Source of the DNA: an uncultured delta proteobacterium
GTDB lineage: Bacteria > Myxococcota_A > Polyangia > Polyangiales > Polyangiaceae
Length of the DNA: 64,000 nt
NCBI GenBank assembly: GCA_963696385.1
Contig: CAVOKF010000007.1
Location: 1,024,001 to 1,088,000, forward strand
Reading direction: 5' to 3'
In this document: positions 50,757-61,758 of the stretch, piece after piece
Layout: every line of letters starts with the position of its first letter
How positions within the stretch are numbered: position 1 is the stretch's first letter
Notes under the pieces: generated by a model
Seen by the model: the letters and a program-made list of their open reading frames with translations, nothing else
Databases searched by the model: none
Told to the model about the DNA's origin: nothing
Translations under genes and position numbers: made by a program

Positions 50757-53700
50757 CGGGTGGCCTTGGTATGGCTAGGCTCGTTCGCGGTTGCCGGAGA
50801 CCGATTCGGTGCGTCGATGAGGGCTGGAAGCGGCAGAGGACCCTGCGACCGGACTTCGAACCCCGTTTCATTGAACGGAGGGTAAAGCTCGCTGTTGAGC
50901 CGGCCGAGCGCCTCGCGCATCTTGGCCGTCCACTGATTGTAGATGCCCAGATCGGTCGCCTTCTTCCAGCCGTTCTCGTAGGCGTCCAGACTGCGCTCCT
51001 CCATGGGAACCGCAAATTCCTCGATCTGGGCCTGATACTCGACTTTCTGATCGTCGGTTTTGACATCGGGCGGCGGCGGCGAATCGCGCAGCGCCTTCGC
51101 GAAGGACTCGTACATATGGCCAATCTGGTAGAGCGCAGCGGTCGTCCATTCGGCGACTCCCAAGGAGACGCACTCGAGAAATGACTTGGCGGCCTCCCGG
51201 AGCAGATCGGCCTTTTGCTTCAAGCGCGCCTTGAGTTGCTTGACGTCCCCTTGAATTTGAATGTGCTCGAACTTGGCCAGGGTACGTTCGCCCTGCATGT
51301 ACCGGGCGTGCGAACCAGCATATTTTCCGTCGGCACCCAGCTCGCGCGCGTGCTGTTTGGCGAATGCCAGGGCCTGATCGAGCGACACCGCGGCAGATCG
51401 CTCGTCACCCAACTTGAGCTCGACCTGGGCCAGGAGCACCCAGCCCTGCATTCGATGATCGACGTTTTTCGCGTGACCGAGATATCGGCGATAAAGTTCC
51501 GCGGCGTCATTCAGATGACCGGCGCTCTGCTCGGCGCGTCCCACCTGCAGGACAATCTCGTCGGAATCCGGCGTACCCCCATAGGCCGTCAAAAACTTCT
51601 TACCGTCGAGGATGGCACGCGTGTGATCGCCGGTCGCCTCACGAAGGACGACGGCGTTGTAGGCCGCATCCTTCTCGTGCTCGAACCGGCAATAGTTGGC
51701 GTGTTCGCGGTCGCCCAGGCTCGCCATGCGTTCCGCAACGTCGGCGGCCTCTCCAAAGAGGCCCATCGCCTCGAGGGTGGTCGTCGCGATCCAAGCGCCG
51801 GCGGGCGACTCGGGGCGGGTGGCGTAGAGCGTTCCCATGGCCAGCTGCGCCGCTTCTTCGAGCGTCTTCACATCGCCGGCTAGTTTCGCTTCCTGTTCGG
51901 CGTTGACGCAAGCCTGTGCGGCCCGCGCATCCCGGGGGAATTCCTTGGCCGCCCTCAGGTACGCGGCAGCGGCCGCCGCGTGATCGCCGGCGGCCGCCTT
52001 CTGCTCGCCTTGCTTGAACACCGCGACGACGATGAGTGCGTCCAGCCGCTCCTGCTGTTTGGCAGCGCTGAAGCTCGACAGCGCCTTGAGACGTCGCGCC
52101 CAGGTCTCGATGTTCTCGTAGTTCTTCGCGCGACTGAAGGACTCGAGGATGCTCTCTCCCGCGTTGCGAGAAGGATCGCTGTTCGGGAATTTCTCGATGA
52201 GCATGCCCCAAATCTTGACGGCCAGGTCGTACTTGCCGCCGTCGAAAAAGTACCGCCCCTGACGGTAAAACATCGCCGGCAGCTCGGCATCCCTCGGGTA
52301 GTAGTGCGCGTAGAGTTCGAGCGCCTCCGCGTACAGATCGATGGGATCGGCGCCAGCGACGCGCCCTTCGGGAGGGAGCTTCGCGTCCATCGCGCGAGAG
52401 AGCGCGACGAGCGCGTTGTAAAGCGCATCGTGACGCGTCGTCGCGAGCGGACCACTCGTCTCCCCCGCCGGGATCGCTCGGGCCGCCGCCAGGTAGTGGA
52501 TCGCCGCGTCGACGTTTCTGCCCAGTCGAAAAAAGTCGACTTCGGCGACATCGAAATGCACTTCGTAGGCTTTTGGCTCCTGAGCGAACCTCGACAAGTA
52601 AACGTCGTACAGACCGGCGGCACCCTCGAATTCCGCGGTGCTCGTCTTGTCTCTCTGTGCTTTTGCGTGGAGGGACGTCGCGTCGTCGCGCAGCTGCCTT
52701 TCGATGGCTGCGGTCGTCGCTGTCACGTTGCCCGCGTCGGTCTGCGTGCGGGACCACGGACCGCCGCTGGTGGTTTGCGCGATCGCTCGCTCGAACGTCG
52801 TCTTGAGATGGGTCCAATCTTCGAGCGCGTCGTATCCGGCCGCTATCTTGAGGAGCCACCGCCCTGTGTCCCGACTGGTCGGTTCAAGCTTGATCAGCAG
52901 TTCGTACGCCTCGATGCCGCGCTCGTAGTGCGCCTGGTCGAAGAACTGTTCGCCGAGAGCGCGCACGATCTTGCCGCTGAAGCGCTCCCCTCCGATCTTC
53001 TCGAGAAACGCGTAGAGGTCCTGGGCGGTATTCTTTTCGTCCTCGCTGAAGACCTCGACGACGTATTTGAGGGCTTCGCCTTGCAGCTCGTCGAGCTGCC
53101 GTCGGTCGGCCGCGCTGACCCCCGAGCGGGCGCCACGTGCTTGGGCGCCGGGTTCGGTCGCCTCGAAGACTCCGACGAAGCGGCGCGCCGCCTCGTCGCT
53201 GTTGCCCAGGCGCCAGTAGCACCAAGCGCTCTTGAAGAGCGCAAGGCCATAAAGGGCGGGGTCGATTTGGCTCTTGGATTCGAGTACCCGGTCGTATTCG
53301 GCGAGCGCGCCCGCGTAGTCGAATTTGCCATTGAAAATCGACTCCGCTTTCGCCATGTGAGCGTCGGGGACGAAGCGGCTCTGCGGGTAGTCACGCAGAA
53401 TGCGCTCGAATCGTTCACGGGCCTCGTCCTCCTTGCCCTGTTCGAACGCGAGAAACCCGTCTACGTACAGCGCGAGGTCGTACTGGTCGAACCACGGGTA
53501 GTCGCGCAGCACACGCCCGAACATTTCGCGTGGAGCCCTGTATTCGAGCTCGGGCGCAGGGCCGCGCTGGTCGACCGGCTTCTTGTCCCAGGCCTCGAAC
53601 CTCGCGACGAACGCTTCGCGCTCGTTTTCCCACTGCAGTTCCCCCAGCCGAACGAGGGCCTCGGGCATCTCGCGAGCATCTCGAGGGGCCTCGGCGATGA

Positions 53701-54094
53701 ACCGGGTGAGCAAATCGATGGCTTCGGCGCGCAGCTCCTTGGTCTTCACGAGGTCGGCGGAGACCCGCGCATCCAGTCGGGCCTTGAGCTGGACTCGCAA
53801 AGCGTCGGGAATTTTCGGACCGCGAATGGCCGGCTCCCCGGCCGCCCCCTCGTGCGGCAGACCCTGGGTCGCGCCCCGCCCGCTCAGGGGGGGTCTGGGG
53901 CTTCCCGCAAGAGTCCGCTCGGCCGCCGGCTGAATCGCACCACCGGAAAGGCCCGGGGCCCCCCCCAGGGTCGTCCCGGCGGATTCAGCGCCCTTGGGGT
54001 TGACCCGCTTGACATCCGCCCCAAAGGAGGAAGCGGCGAGCCCTCCCAAGAAAATCCACGAACCGGCCATTCCGGCGAGCGCACCGATCCGCAT
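50753..54094 (-). CDS. Large TPR protein, GltD/AgmU-like
   Basis: 1113 aa with a signal peptide, TPR arrays, YGLALFKSAWC, and C-terminal EWTTAALYQIG..YE.FA..L..SPPP...GIYNQW. Confidence 0.8.
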   Translation of the reverse strand: MRIGALAGMAGSWIFLGGLAASSFGADVKRVNPKGAESAGTTLGGAPGLSGGAIQPAAERTLAGSPRPPLSGRGATQGLPHEGAAGEPAIRGPKIPDALRVQLKARLDARVSADLVKTKELRAEAIDLLTRFIAEAPRDAREMPEALVRLGELQWENEREAFVARFEAWDKKPVDQRGPAPELEYRAPREMFGRVLRDYPWFDQYDLALYVDGFLAFEQGKEDEARERFERILRDYPQSRFVPDAHMAKAESIFNGKFDYAGALAEYDRVLESKSQIDPALYGLALFKSAWCYWRLGNSDEAARRFVGVFEATEPGAQARGARSGVSAADRRQLDELQGEALKYVVEVFSEDEKNTAQDLYAFLEKIGGERFSGKIVRALGEQFFDQAHYERGIEAYELLIKLEPTSRDTGRWLLKIAAGYDALEDWTHLKTTFERAIAQTTSGGPWSRTQTDAGNVTATTAAIERQLRDDATSLHAKAQRDKTSTAEFEGAAGLYDVYLSRFAQEPKAYEVHFDVAEVDFFRLGRNVDAAIHYLAAARAIPAGETSGPLATTRHDALYNALVALSRAMDAKLPPEGRVAGADPIDLYAEALELYAHYYPRDAELPAMFYRQGRYFFDGGKYDLAVKIWGMLIEKFPNSDPSRNAGESILESFSRAKNYENIETWARRLKALSSFSAAKQQERLDALIVVAVFKQGEQKAAAGDHAAAAAAYLRAAKEFPRDARAAQACVNAEQEAKLAGDVKTLEEAAQLAMGTLYATRPESPAGAWIATTTLEAMGLFGEAADVAERMASLGDREHANYCRFEHEKDAAYNAVVLREATGDHTRAILDGKKFLTAYGGTPDSDEIVLQVGRAEQSAGHLNDAAELYRRYLGHAKNVDHRMQGWVLLAQVELKLGDERSAAVSLDQALAFAKQHARELGADGKYAGSHARYMQGERTLAKFEHIQIQGDVKQLKARLKQKADLLREAAKSFLECVSLGVAEWTTAALYQIGHMYESFAKALRDSPPPPDVKTDDQKVEYQAQIEEFAVPMEERSLDAYENGWKKATDLGIYNQWTAKMREALGRLNSELYPPFNETGFEVRSQGPLPLPALIDAPNRSPATANEPSHTKATR

Positions 54095-54295
54095 GACAAT
54101 TCGGGGTCATGCTACCGGGTCGACCGGTCGGTGGCGATGCAGTCCGAGGCTCCCTTCGGTGATTCGTACGAGTACGGCGCCCTCGGGCGTTGCTGAATCG
54201 GCGGGACGCTATCATAATGACGCGTTTCGTCGTGCGGGCCGCACGCGGGTGCGTGTACCTTGCGAACGTCAATAGAAAAGTGGGAGAGCTGCCCG

Positions 54296-57200
54296 ATGCG
54301 TACGCGCGAAGTGGGCCGAGTCGTATTCATGTTCTTGCTGGTGAGCCTCACGGGGCTCACCGCGGTATCGTGCGGGACTTCCCCGGAGGGCAGCACGTTT
54401 CCGCTGGACGGGTCGGCGCGCGATAGCGCGACCTCCGGGGTGAGCGACAGCGCGACCTCGGGCGTGAGCGACAGTGCCACCTCGTCGACCCAACCAGTGA
54501 TCACGGGGAACGAGGCCGGTGCGAGCCAATGCGTGCCGGAGACATGTGCAGGTCACAACTATTGCGGTATGAACGGCGATGGGTGCGGGGGCACGATCGA
54601 TTGCGGCGCGTGCGCGGCGCCGCAGTACTGCGGCGGCGGCGGGTACAGCCTGTGCGGCATAGGGGACGGCGGGGCGCCGGATGCTGGCGCGCCGGATGGG
54701 AGCGCGACCTGCATTCCCAGCACCTGCGAGGAGCTGGGCTACGATTGCGGCTTGGCGGGCGACGGATGCAACGGCATCCTGGTGTGCGGCGAAGGGCCGG
54801 ACGGCGGGCCGATCACTCTTGCGGCAGCCGACGCCGCAGTCGATGGGGGAGCCGCGTCCTGTCCCGCACCCGAATACTGTGGCGGCGGCGGGTACAACCG
54901 GTGCGGAATACGGTTGGACGGCGGAACGGAGGCCGGCGCGACTTGCACTCCCAGCACCTGCGAGGAGCTGGACTACGATTGCGGCTTGGCGAGCGACGGT
55001 TGCAACGGCATCTTGGCGTGCGGCCAAGGGCCGGGCGGCGGGTCAATCACTCTTGCGGCAGCCGACGCCGGAGTCGACGGGGGAGCCACGACCTGTCCCG
55101 CGCCCCAGTACTGCGGCGGCGGCGGGTACAACCGGTGCGGCGGACTCCCCTTGGACGGCGGACCCCAGGATTCGGCCGTCGGGACCTGCACTCCGCAAAC
55201 GTGCGGGGGCCTCGGTGATGATTGCGGCGCAGTGGGCGACGGCTGCGGCAACATTCTGCAGTGCGGCTCGTGCGCGGCACCCTACTACTGCGGCGGAGCC
55301 GGCCCCAACCGGTGCGGCGGTTCGACCGGATTCGGCCCGGACGGAGGACCGATCTGCACCCCAACCACTTGCGCCGCACTCGAGGACAATTGCGGCCCCG
55401 TCGGGGATGGTTGCGGCAACCTTCTTCAGTGCGGATCGTGCACCATGCCGGAGTTTTGCGGCGGTAGCGGTCCCAACAAGTGCGGCGGATCCACCGGATA
55501 CGGCCCGGACGGCGGACCGATCAACGTTTGCGTGCCCACCACCTGCGCCGCACTCTTGGACAATTGCGGTCCGGTTGGGGATGGCTGCGGCAACCTTCTT
55601 CAGTGCGGCTCGTGCACGGCACCCGAATACTGCGGCGGAGCCGGCCCCAACAAGTGCGGCGGATTCCACCGGATACGGCGCCGACGGCGGCCCGGTCAAT
55701 CCGTGCACGCCCAAGACCTGCAGCGGGCTCGGGTACAATTGCGGGTCAATCGGAGATGGCTGCGGCAACCTTCTTCAGTGCGGGGTTTGTGGCGTGCTCG
55801 ACACCTGCGGCGGAGCCGGTACGGCCGGCCAGTGCGGCCACCCGTGCCCCGGTGACGGGGGGCTTTGCCCCTATCAAGAGAGCTGCGACGGCGGGACGAC
55901 CACCGTTCTCACCGGTCGAGTCGAAGCCGGTATCTCCAGGTTTCTCAACCCGAATTTGGCCGCGAATCCGCTGCCGTTCCCGCCGGATCCCGTACCGAAC
56001 GTCCTCGTGTACATTCCCAATTCCGCGCTCACCGCGTTCACGCCCGGCGTCACGCCCGGCCAGTGCCCCCAGTGCGCGGCTGACGTCAGCGGATCCCCGC
56101 TGGTCTCGACGTACACGAACTACGACGGCACGTTCACGCTCTCGGGCGTGCCGACGCCCCCCGCAGGCACCCCGCTCTCCATCGTGATTCAGCTCGGACG
56201 CTGGCGGCGCGAGTTCCAAATCGCAACGCCGACGCCGTGCACGACATCGGCTGTTGCACCGGTCGGCTTGCCGGCGGGCGTCCTCAACTTGCCCCGCAAT
56301 CAGGGCGAGGGAGACATTCCACTCACGGCGGTGTCGACCGGCAACGTCGACGCGCTCGAATGCGTGCTGCTCAAGCTGGGCGTCGACCAGGCGGAGTTCA
56401 CGTCCAATACGCCGGCCGCCGGAACCCCGCTCGGTCGCATTCACATCTACGCGGGTGGGCCCGGGAGCAACGGGGGCAACGCCGGCGCGACGGTGCCCAA
56501 CGCGAATCCCGAAGCGAGTCTCATGGCCACCGCGACCTACTTGAACTACGACCAAATCCTATTCCCCTGCTGGGGGTCTCCCGCGATCAAGACGCCGGCC
56601 GAACTGGCGAACCTGGTGACGTACGCGGACTCCGGCGGTCACTTCTTCGCGACGCATTACAGCTACTCGTGGCTTCGCAATAACGGCGAGTTCAACGCCG
56701 TCGCCAATTGGGACATCCCTAATGGAGCCAACGACGCGGATAACCCCGGCAACGGTCCGTGGACGCTCAATGTGAGGCCCCAACCGCCCGTCGTCGCCCC
56801 TCCCCTGCACGCCGGCGTGTTCTATCAGTGGCTCAACTACGTTTGCGCACTTTCGAACTCGACCGGAGTATGCACGCCCGCGGACCCGTACAACGTCCTG
56901 CCCTTCAACCTGCCGCCACCGGCCGGGACTGGCGTCGAGGGGCCCGAGGTTTCGATAGCCAGTCCCCGGTTCGATGTCGCCAGCGTCCCGCCCACGTCGG
57001 TCGACTGGATCGACGGCAACGATCAGAACAAGACCTCCGCGGTATACGGCGACGCGCTCGTCGAGCACTTCACGTTCAACACGCCGGTCCCGATCGGCGA
57101 CGCAGGGGGCTTGCAGTGCGGACACGCGATTTACAGCGACTTCCACGTCGCGAACGTGACCGTAAACAACTTGCCACCGGCAGAACGGACGTTTCCCGGA

Positions 57201-58058
57201 GAATGCGCGCCGGGGTTCACCCCTCAGGAGAAGATCCTCGAGTACATGCTCTTCGATCTGGCGTCCTGCGTGCAGCCCGCGGTGGTCGCGTGTCTGCCGC
57301 AGACTTGCGTCGAGCAGGGGTTGGCGTGCGGACCGTCGAGCGATGGTTGCGGCAATGCGCTCGACTGCGGGACTTGCCCGACGGGGCTCACATGCGGCGG
57401 CGGCGGCACTCCGGGTCAGTGCGGTGCGCCCGAAGGCGGCACCTGCACTCCCGTCACGTGCAATGAGCAGCATCTTTCCTGCGGACCGGCCGGAGACGGC
57501 TGCGGCAACGTCATCGCGGGCGGATGCGGCACCTGCCCCGCGGGCGAAACCTGCGGGGGTGGCGGCACGCCAGGGGTATGTGGTGCTCCCGACGGGGGCG
57601 CCTGCATACCCGAGACCTGCGCTCAGCAACACATCAGCTGCGGGCCGGCCGGAGACGGTTGCGGAAATCAGATCGCGGGCGGATGCGGCACCTGCCCCGC
57701 GGGCGAAACCTGTGGAGGCGGCGGCACTCCGGGGGCATGCGGCGCTCCCGACGGGGGCGCCTGCGTAGCCGAGACTTGCGCTCAGCAACACATCAGCTGC
57801 GGACCGGCCGGAGACGGCTGCGGAAACCTCCTGCAGTGCGGCACATGCCCGGCGGGCCAGACGTGCGGCGGCGGGGGCGCGCCGGGCGTATGCGGTGGCG
57901 GCGTTTGCACTCCGTACACGTGCATGACGCTCGGGTACAATTGCGGGCCGGCCGGAGACGGCTGCGGAAACCTGCTGCAATGCGGCACATGCCCGGCCGG
58001 CGAGACCTGCGGCGGCGGAGGCCAGGCCGGTGTTTGTGGCAGCAACGGCCCGCGGTAG
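54296..58058 (+). CDS. Giant Cys-rich repeat lipoprotein (~1250 aa), split by a single-base frameshift at 55664-55665
   Basis: Lipobox LTAVSC; 12 C-x-P-x-T-C...CG..xDGCG/N...CG.C...CGGG modules (7 N-terminal, 5 C-terminal) around a ~470 aa globular core. ORFs 54260..55855 and 54681..58058 join when one T is removed. Confidence 0.82.
54710..55800. repeat. Long imperfect direct repeats encoding the N-terminal Cys-rich modules
   Basis: For example cccagcacctgcgaggagctg at ~54716 and ~54951, and tgcggcaaccttcttcagtgcgg at ~55412, ~55586 and ~55761. Confidence 0.85.
57290..58040. repeat. Direct repeats encoding the C-terminal Cys-rich modules
   Basis: ccggccggagacgg(c/t)tgcgg recurs four times; ggatgcggcacctgccccgcgggcgaaacctg occurs twice. 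Confidence 0.85.
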
Positions 58059-58133
58059 GCGGCGTGCGGCGGTGCCTCGGGGCCGATCCCGAGGCACACG
58101 CAAGCGTGAGCTACACCGCGCTACCCGTCTCGC

Positions 58134-60147
58134 TCATCGGACTTCCCCCCCGACGTACTCGTCGGGCCAGTCGTCCCCTTCGAAGGGCCAGTATTCCTCG
58201 TTGTCTTCGAGGTAGCGAGCCGCATCGAGGGAATCGACCGCATCCTGCGGCAAGTAGCCGAGTCGGATCGCCTCGACCTCCACTTCGAGCGCGCGCTTGC
58301 GTCCGAGCACGCTCTCGATGCGCCCCAATCGCGCGCGGCGCAGCAGACGAGAGAGTCGCAGATCGAGGCGATGAAGCGCGTCCTTGGCCAGCATACGTTC
58401 GGTGCCATCCAGCGCCGAGCGCGTGAGAGCGACGCGCCGCTGCAGCTGCACGACTTTGGCACCGTCGGCTCGGAGCAAGTCGGGCAGGTCGGCGCCCGGC
58501 GCGGCGGCGCCCTCTTCGGCCGACACGGCGCCGGCCTCGACGTCATTGGGCAGTTGCCTCTGAAGGTCGGCAAGCTGTCGGCGCATGAGCGCGACTTCGG
58601 CGGGGGGGTTGCGCGTCGCCTCCAAGTCGGCGAGCTGCTGCTCGACGCCGTGGAGGGCGTCGCGTACTTCACCGACCTTCTGCACGCTCTCCGGCGCGAA
58701 CTCGGCGGCAGGCCGCACGCCGCCGTTGGTGGCGAGAGCACGTTGCATCTCGCCGACCGCCGCCATGGCGGACGCCAATCCCGATGCTTCGCGCTCGAGG
58801 ACTGCGCGCCGACGCAGGATCCGATCGTACAGCGTATCGACGCGGACGAGAGCGGCGACGGTCCGCACGACGTCGGCGGTACCGAACCCGACCTCGGCTC
58901 CGCCCGCGTCCACGCCGGAGTGAACGGCGGCGAGCAGCCGCTGCGTCGCCAAGTCACTCTCGGCGATGCGCCGGGCCGCATCACGAACCGGCTCGTAACG
59001 CGCCAAAAACTCCGTGAGTTCCTTGTCGGCGTCCGCGAATCGACAGCGCGCCAGGTCCACCCACGCCCCCAGCACCCAAGCTTCGTCCTCGTACCGGTGA
59101 TGCAAATGAAGCGCCGCCAGTTCATCGAGAAGATCGCGCGCGCCGTCGTAGTCCTTCTTCTCGTAGCGCGTGGTGGCGGCCTCGTAGAGCGCCTCGGCGA
59201 GGCGATCCGAGTCCTGGGGTACGAGGTAGTAGTAGTAACGCGCGTCGTCGTTGCGTCCCTGTTCGTGCGCGACCCGGCCCAATCCGAGGCGAGCGAGGTC
59301 CCGAACCGCGAAGAACTTCTCGTCGGCGAAGACCGGGGTCGTCGCCGCACTGCGCTTGGGGTCGGCCACCTTGCAGAGCAGCTCCTCTCCACGCTTCAAG
59401 TTGCCCTTCTCGACTTGGATGAGCGCGGACAAGTACATGGCCTGCGCCCAGAACCGACTCCGCTCGGTCACCGTTCCATACGCGGCGAGCGCAGCATCGG
59501 GATGGCCGGCGGCTTCCTCGGCGTGACCGTTCATATAGGCAATCTCGCCACGCACCTCCTCGGACGCGCTGGGCGGAACGTTCTGCACGTCGCGCGCGCC
59601 TTGGTCGAATGCAGCCGTATCGAGCGCGATGTCGACGAGGCGCCGAACCGCACGCCTCGCCCACAGTTGGGCGGACCCGTAGCCGATCCAGGCGTCGTTC
59701 GCGTCGACGAGCCGTCGGAGGTAGCCCCGCGCCGGCTCGGCGATTCCGGCGGTGGCCAACGCGTCGCCCAGTCGGAAGACGGCAGCCCGGCCTTCTTCTG
59801 TGCGTGCGAACAGAATCGAACTGGGCATTTTCGACAATCTCTACGAGTCGAGCGATGGCTTCGTCGACGCGCCCGGATGCCACGAGATTTTCGGCCTCGG
59901 CAACACGCGCTCCGATGTCCTCGCGGCGGATTTCGGTTTGGCCGAGACGGCGCGCGAGCAGCGCGGCGTGATACGCGCGAAGGGCCTCCGCGAAAAGTGA
60001 GTCCGTTGTCGTCCCTGACGTCGAGGTCGGAGCGGGAGTCGCGGTCGCGGTCACAGTCGAAGGGCCCGATGGTTCGGGCTCGGCCCTTACGGCCGCGGCG
60101 AAAAGCGGCCACGCGAGGAACGGTACGAGAAGCGCTCGCATGCCCAT
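58134..60147 (-). CDS. TPR protein, GltC-like, split by a single-base frameshift at 59814-59815
   Basis: Signal AAAVRA-E in ORF 59122..60147 joins ORF 58134..59837; RDLARLGLGRVAHE, ALYEAA, C-terminal EYWPFEGDDWPDEY as in GltC-type proteins. Confidence 0.78.
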
Positions 60148-60944
60148 TACCTCGAAAGCGGCGCCACCTTCGCTCGCGCCCGGACACGCAGATCGTAGCG
60201 CCCGTCGTGCTCGGACGGGAAATCGGCGCCCATGTTCGAGTCGTCCCAGAGACTCAGATCGACCAAGAGCCTCTGATCGCTCGGAACGTCGACGACGAAA
60301 CGCGAACGCTGCGAGGAGCGAAATGCGTCGTTTCGATCGTCACGCCGCTCGACGTCGACCGCGATGGCGTGGTGGCCCGGCGCGACGGCGTGCTCGTATA
60401 CGGTCACGAACCCGTCCGGCCGAAAGGGCGACGGCGACGTCCAGACGACGCCATCGTCCAGCCATACGCTCAGGTTTGCCATGCGCGCGTGGTCGCCATT
60501 CGAATCGATCCGGATCGCGACGTGAGAGTGGAAGAGCGTGTCGCCGACCGCCGCGACACGAGCGCGAAGCGATGCGATGTCGGCCAGCAAGCGATCGTAG
60601 TCGGGCGCCGGCTTCGAAGCCCCACCGTCGGAGAATTCGTTGGGAGCTGGGTTGAGGGGCGACAGCCTCCCACCATCCGCAGTCACGTCCGGTGGAGGAG
60701 CGGGGATCGCGCCACCGCTCGAGGCCAGCGGCACTCCCGACTCCGGGCTGCGCGAAGGCTGGGCGCTTGGCAGGAAGTCATCGTTCGACGTGTCGACGGC
60801 CGAGGCCGCGGGTTTTGGCTTCGAACCGGGACGCGCCGATCGGCTCGATGGCTGCGCGACCGCGAGCGTGCCCAGGACGAGCACCGCGAGCAGTATCAGC
60901 CCGGCGCTCAGCGCGCGTCCGCGGGTAGGGGTCAACGCGATCAC
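60147..60944 (-). CDS. Hypothetical secreted protein in the glt-like operon
   Basis: Signal LAVA-Q, Pro/Ser linker, coiled segment, beta-rich C-terminus (LDDG..., VAPGHHAIAVDVE); start uncertain. Confidence 0.65.
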   Translation of the reverse strand: MIALTPTRGRALSAGLILLAVLVLGTLAVAQPSSRSARPGSKPKPAASAVDTSNDDFLPSAQPSRSPESGVPLASSGGAIPAPPPDVTADGGRLSPLNPAPNEFSDGGASKPAPDYDRLLADIASLRARVAAVGDTLFHSHVAIRIDSNGDHARMANLSVWLDDGVVWTSPSPFRPDGFVTVYEHAVAPGHHAIAVDVERRDDRNDAFRSSQRSRFVVDVPSDQRLLVDLSLWDDSNMGADFPSEHDGRYDLRVRARAKVAPLSR

Positions 60945-60985
60945 GATGCGATGGTGCCTCCGAAAACGGCCGTCCGCTATGCCCT

Positions 60986-61678
60986 TCAGCCTCCGAAGGG
61001 AACGAAGGCACTTGCCCCGAACGTGACCAGCACGTCGTTGACCAGATGCTGGTCGCCCACCAGGGTCTCGTCGAGAACGTGATCGCGCACATCGAGGCGC
61101 AGCGCAAACCATGAGCCGAAGAAGAGCTTTGCCCCGAGCCCGGCGCTGCCGGTGACGCCGAGCGACGTCGAATCGTCGGTGACTCCGGCGCCAACGGCGA
61201 GGTTGAAGTCGAAATGGCTGATGCCGCCGCCCATCCAGCGGAGCTTGCCGTACGCGAATGTCCAAATGAGGTGACCGAAGTACAACCTTCCAGGTTGGTC
61301 GGGCTGGTCGAGTACTTGGATGTCGGGGTAGCGCCGCTCGTACGATTCCGTGACGGCGCTGCGAAAGCGCGCAAACTGCACGCTGGCCTCGAGCCCGAGG
61401 TCTTCGCTGAAGTGGAACGTGTAGGCCCCGCCCGCGAGCCAGCTCGATGAGTAGAGGTCCGCGGCGTAGACCCCACCCATGGCGGACAGCTCGTGCCGAA
61501 ACGCCTTGGTGAAGAGGCGTTCTTGGACGCCACGGTAATGACGACCGCCGACCAGTTGCTGCTTGAGCTCGTCGTCGACGCACTGAGCGCCGGCGTCCCG
61601 AGCACCGCTCGCAACGCCAAGCGTCCCCGCGACGACGGCGAATGCGGCGCGGCGAACCAAGCGGAAGCGCATCCGCAT
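60986..61678 (-). CDS. Outer-membrane beta-barrel, GltA/GltB-like
   Basis: Signal AGA-Q; VQERLFTKAFRHELS, YTFHFSEDLGLE, WTFAYGKL, ALRLDVRD, C-terminal ASAFVPF. Confidence 0.82.
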   Translation of the reverse strand: MRMRFRLVRRAAFAVVAGTLGVASGARDAGAQCVDDELKQQLVGGRHYRGVQERLFTKAFRHELSAMGGVYAADLYSSSWLAGGAYTFHFSEDLGLEASVQFARFRSAVTESYERRYPDIQVLDQPDQPGRLYFGHLIWTFAYGKLRWMGGGISHFDFNLAVGAGVTDDSTSLGVTGSAGLGAKLFFGSWFALRLDVRDHVLDETLVGDQHLVNDVLVTFGASAFVPFGG

Positions 61679-61758
61679 CCTGGTCGGAGTAACAGGCCCC
61701 GATCGAAACTGTCAACGACGGTGGACGCCCGGGCCCGGCGCGGCCACGATCGACTCCG

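Noticed and set aside
54400..58040. Regularly spaced direct repeats that could suggest a CRISPR array
   Set aside because: The repeats are in frame, vary at synonymous positions and encode Cys-rich modules; there are no unique spacers and no cas genes.
58371..61082. Long + strand ORF (903 aa) and similar long antisense ORFs (e.g. 51980..54196, 61866..63908, 22950..24035)
   Set aside because: Shadow frames opposite recognisable genes, expected in high-GC DNA; no motifs.
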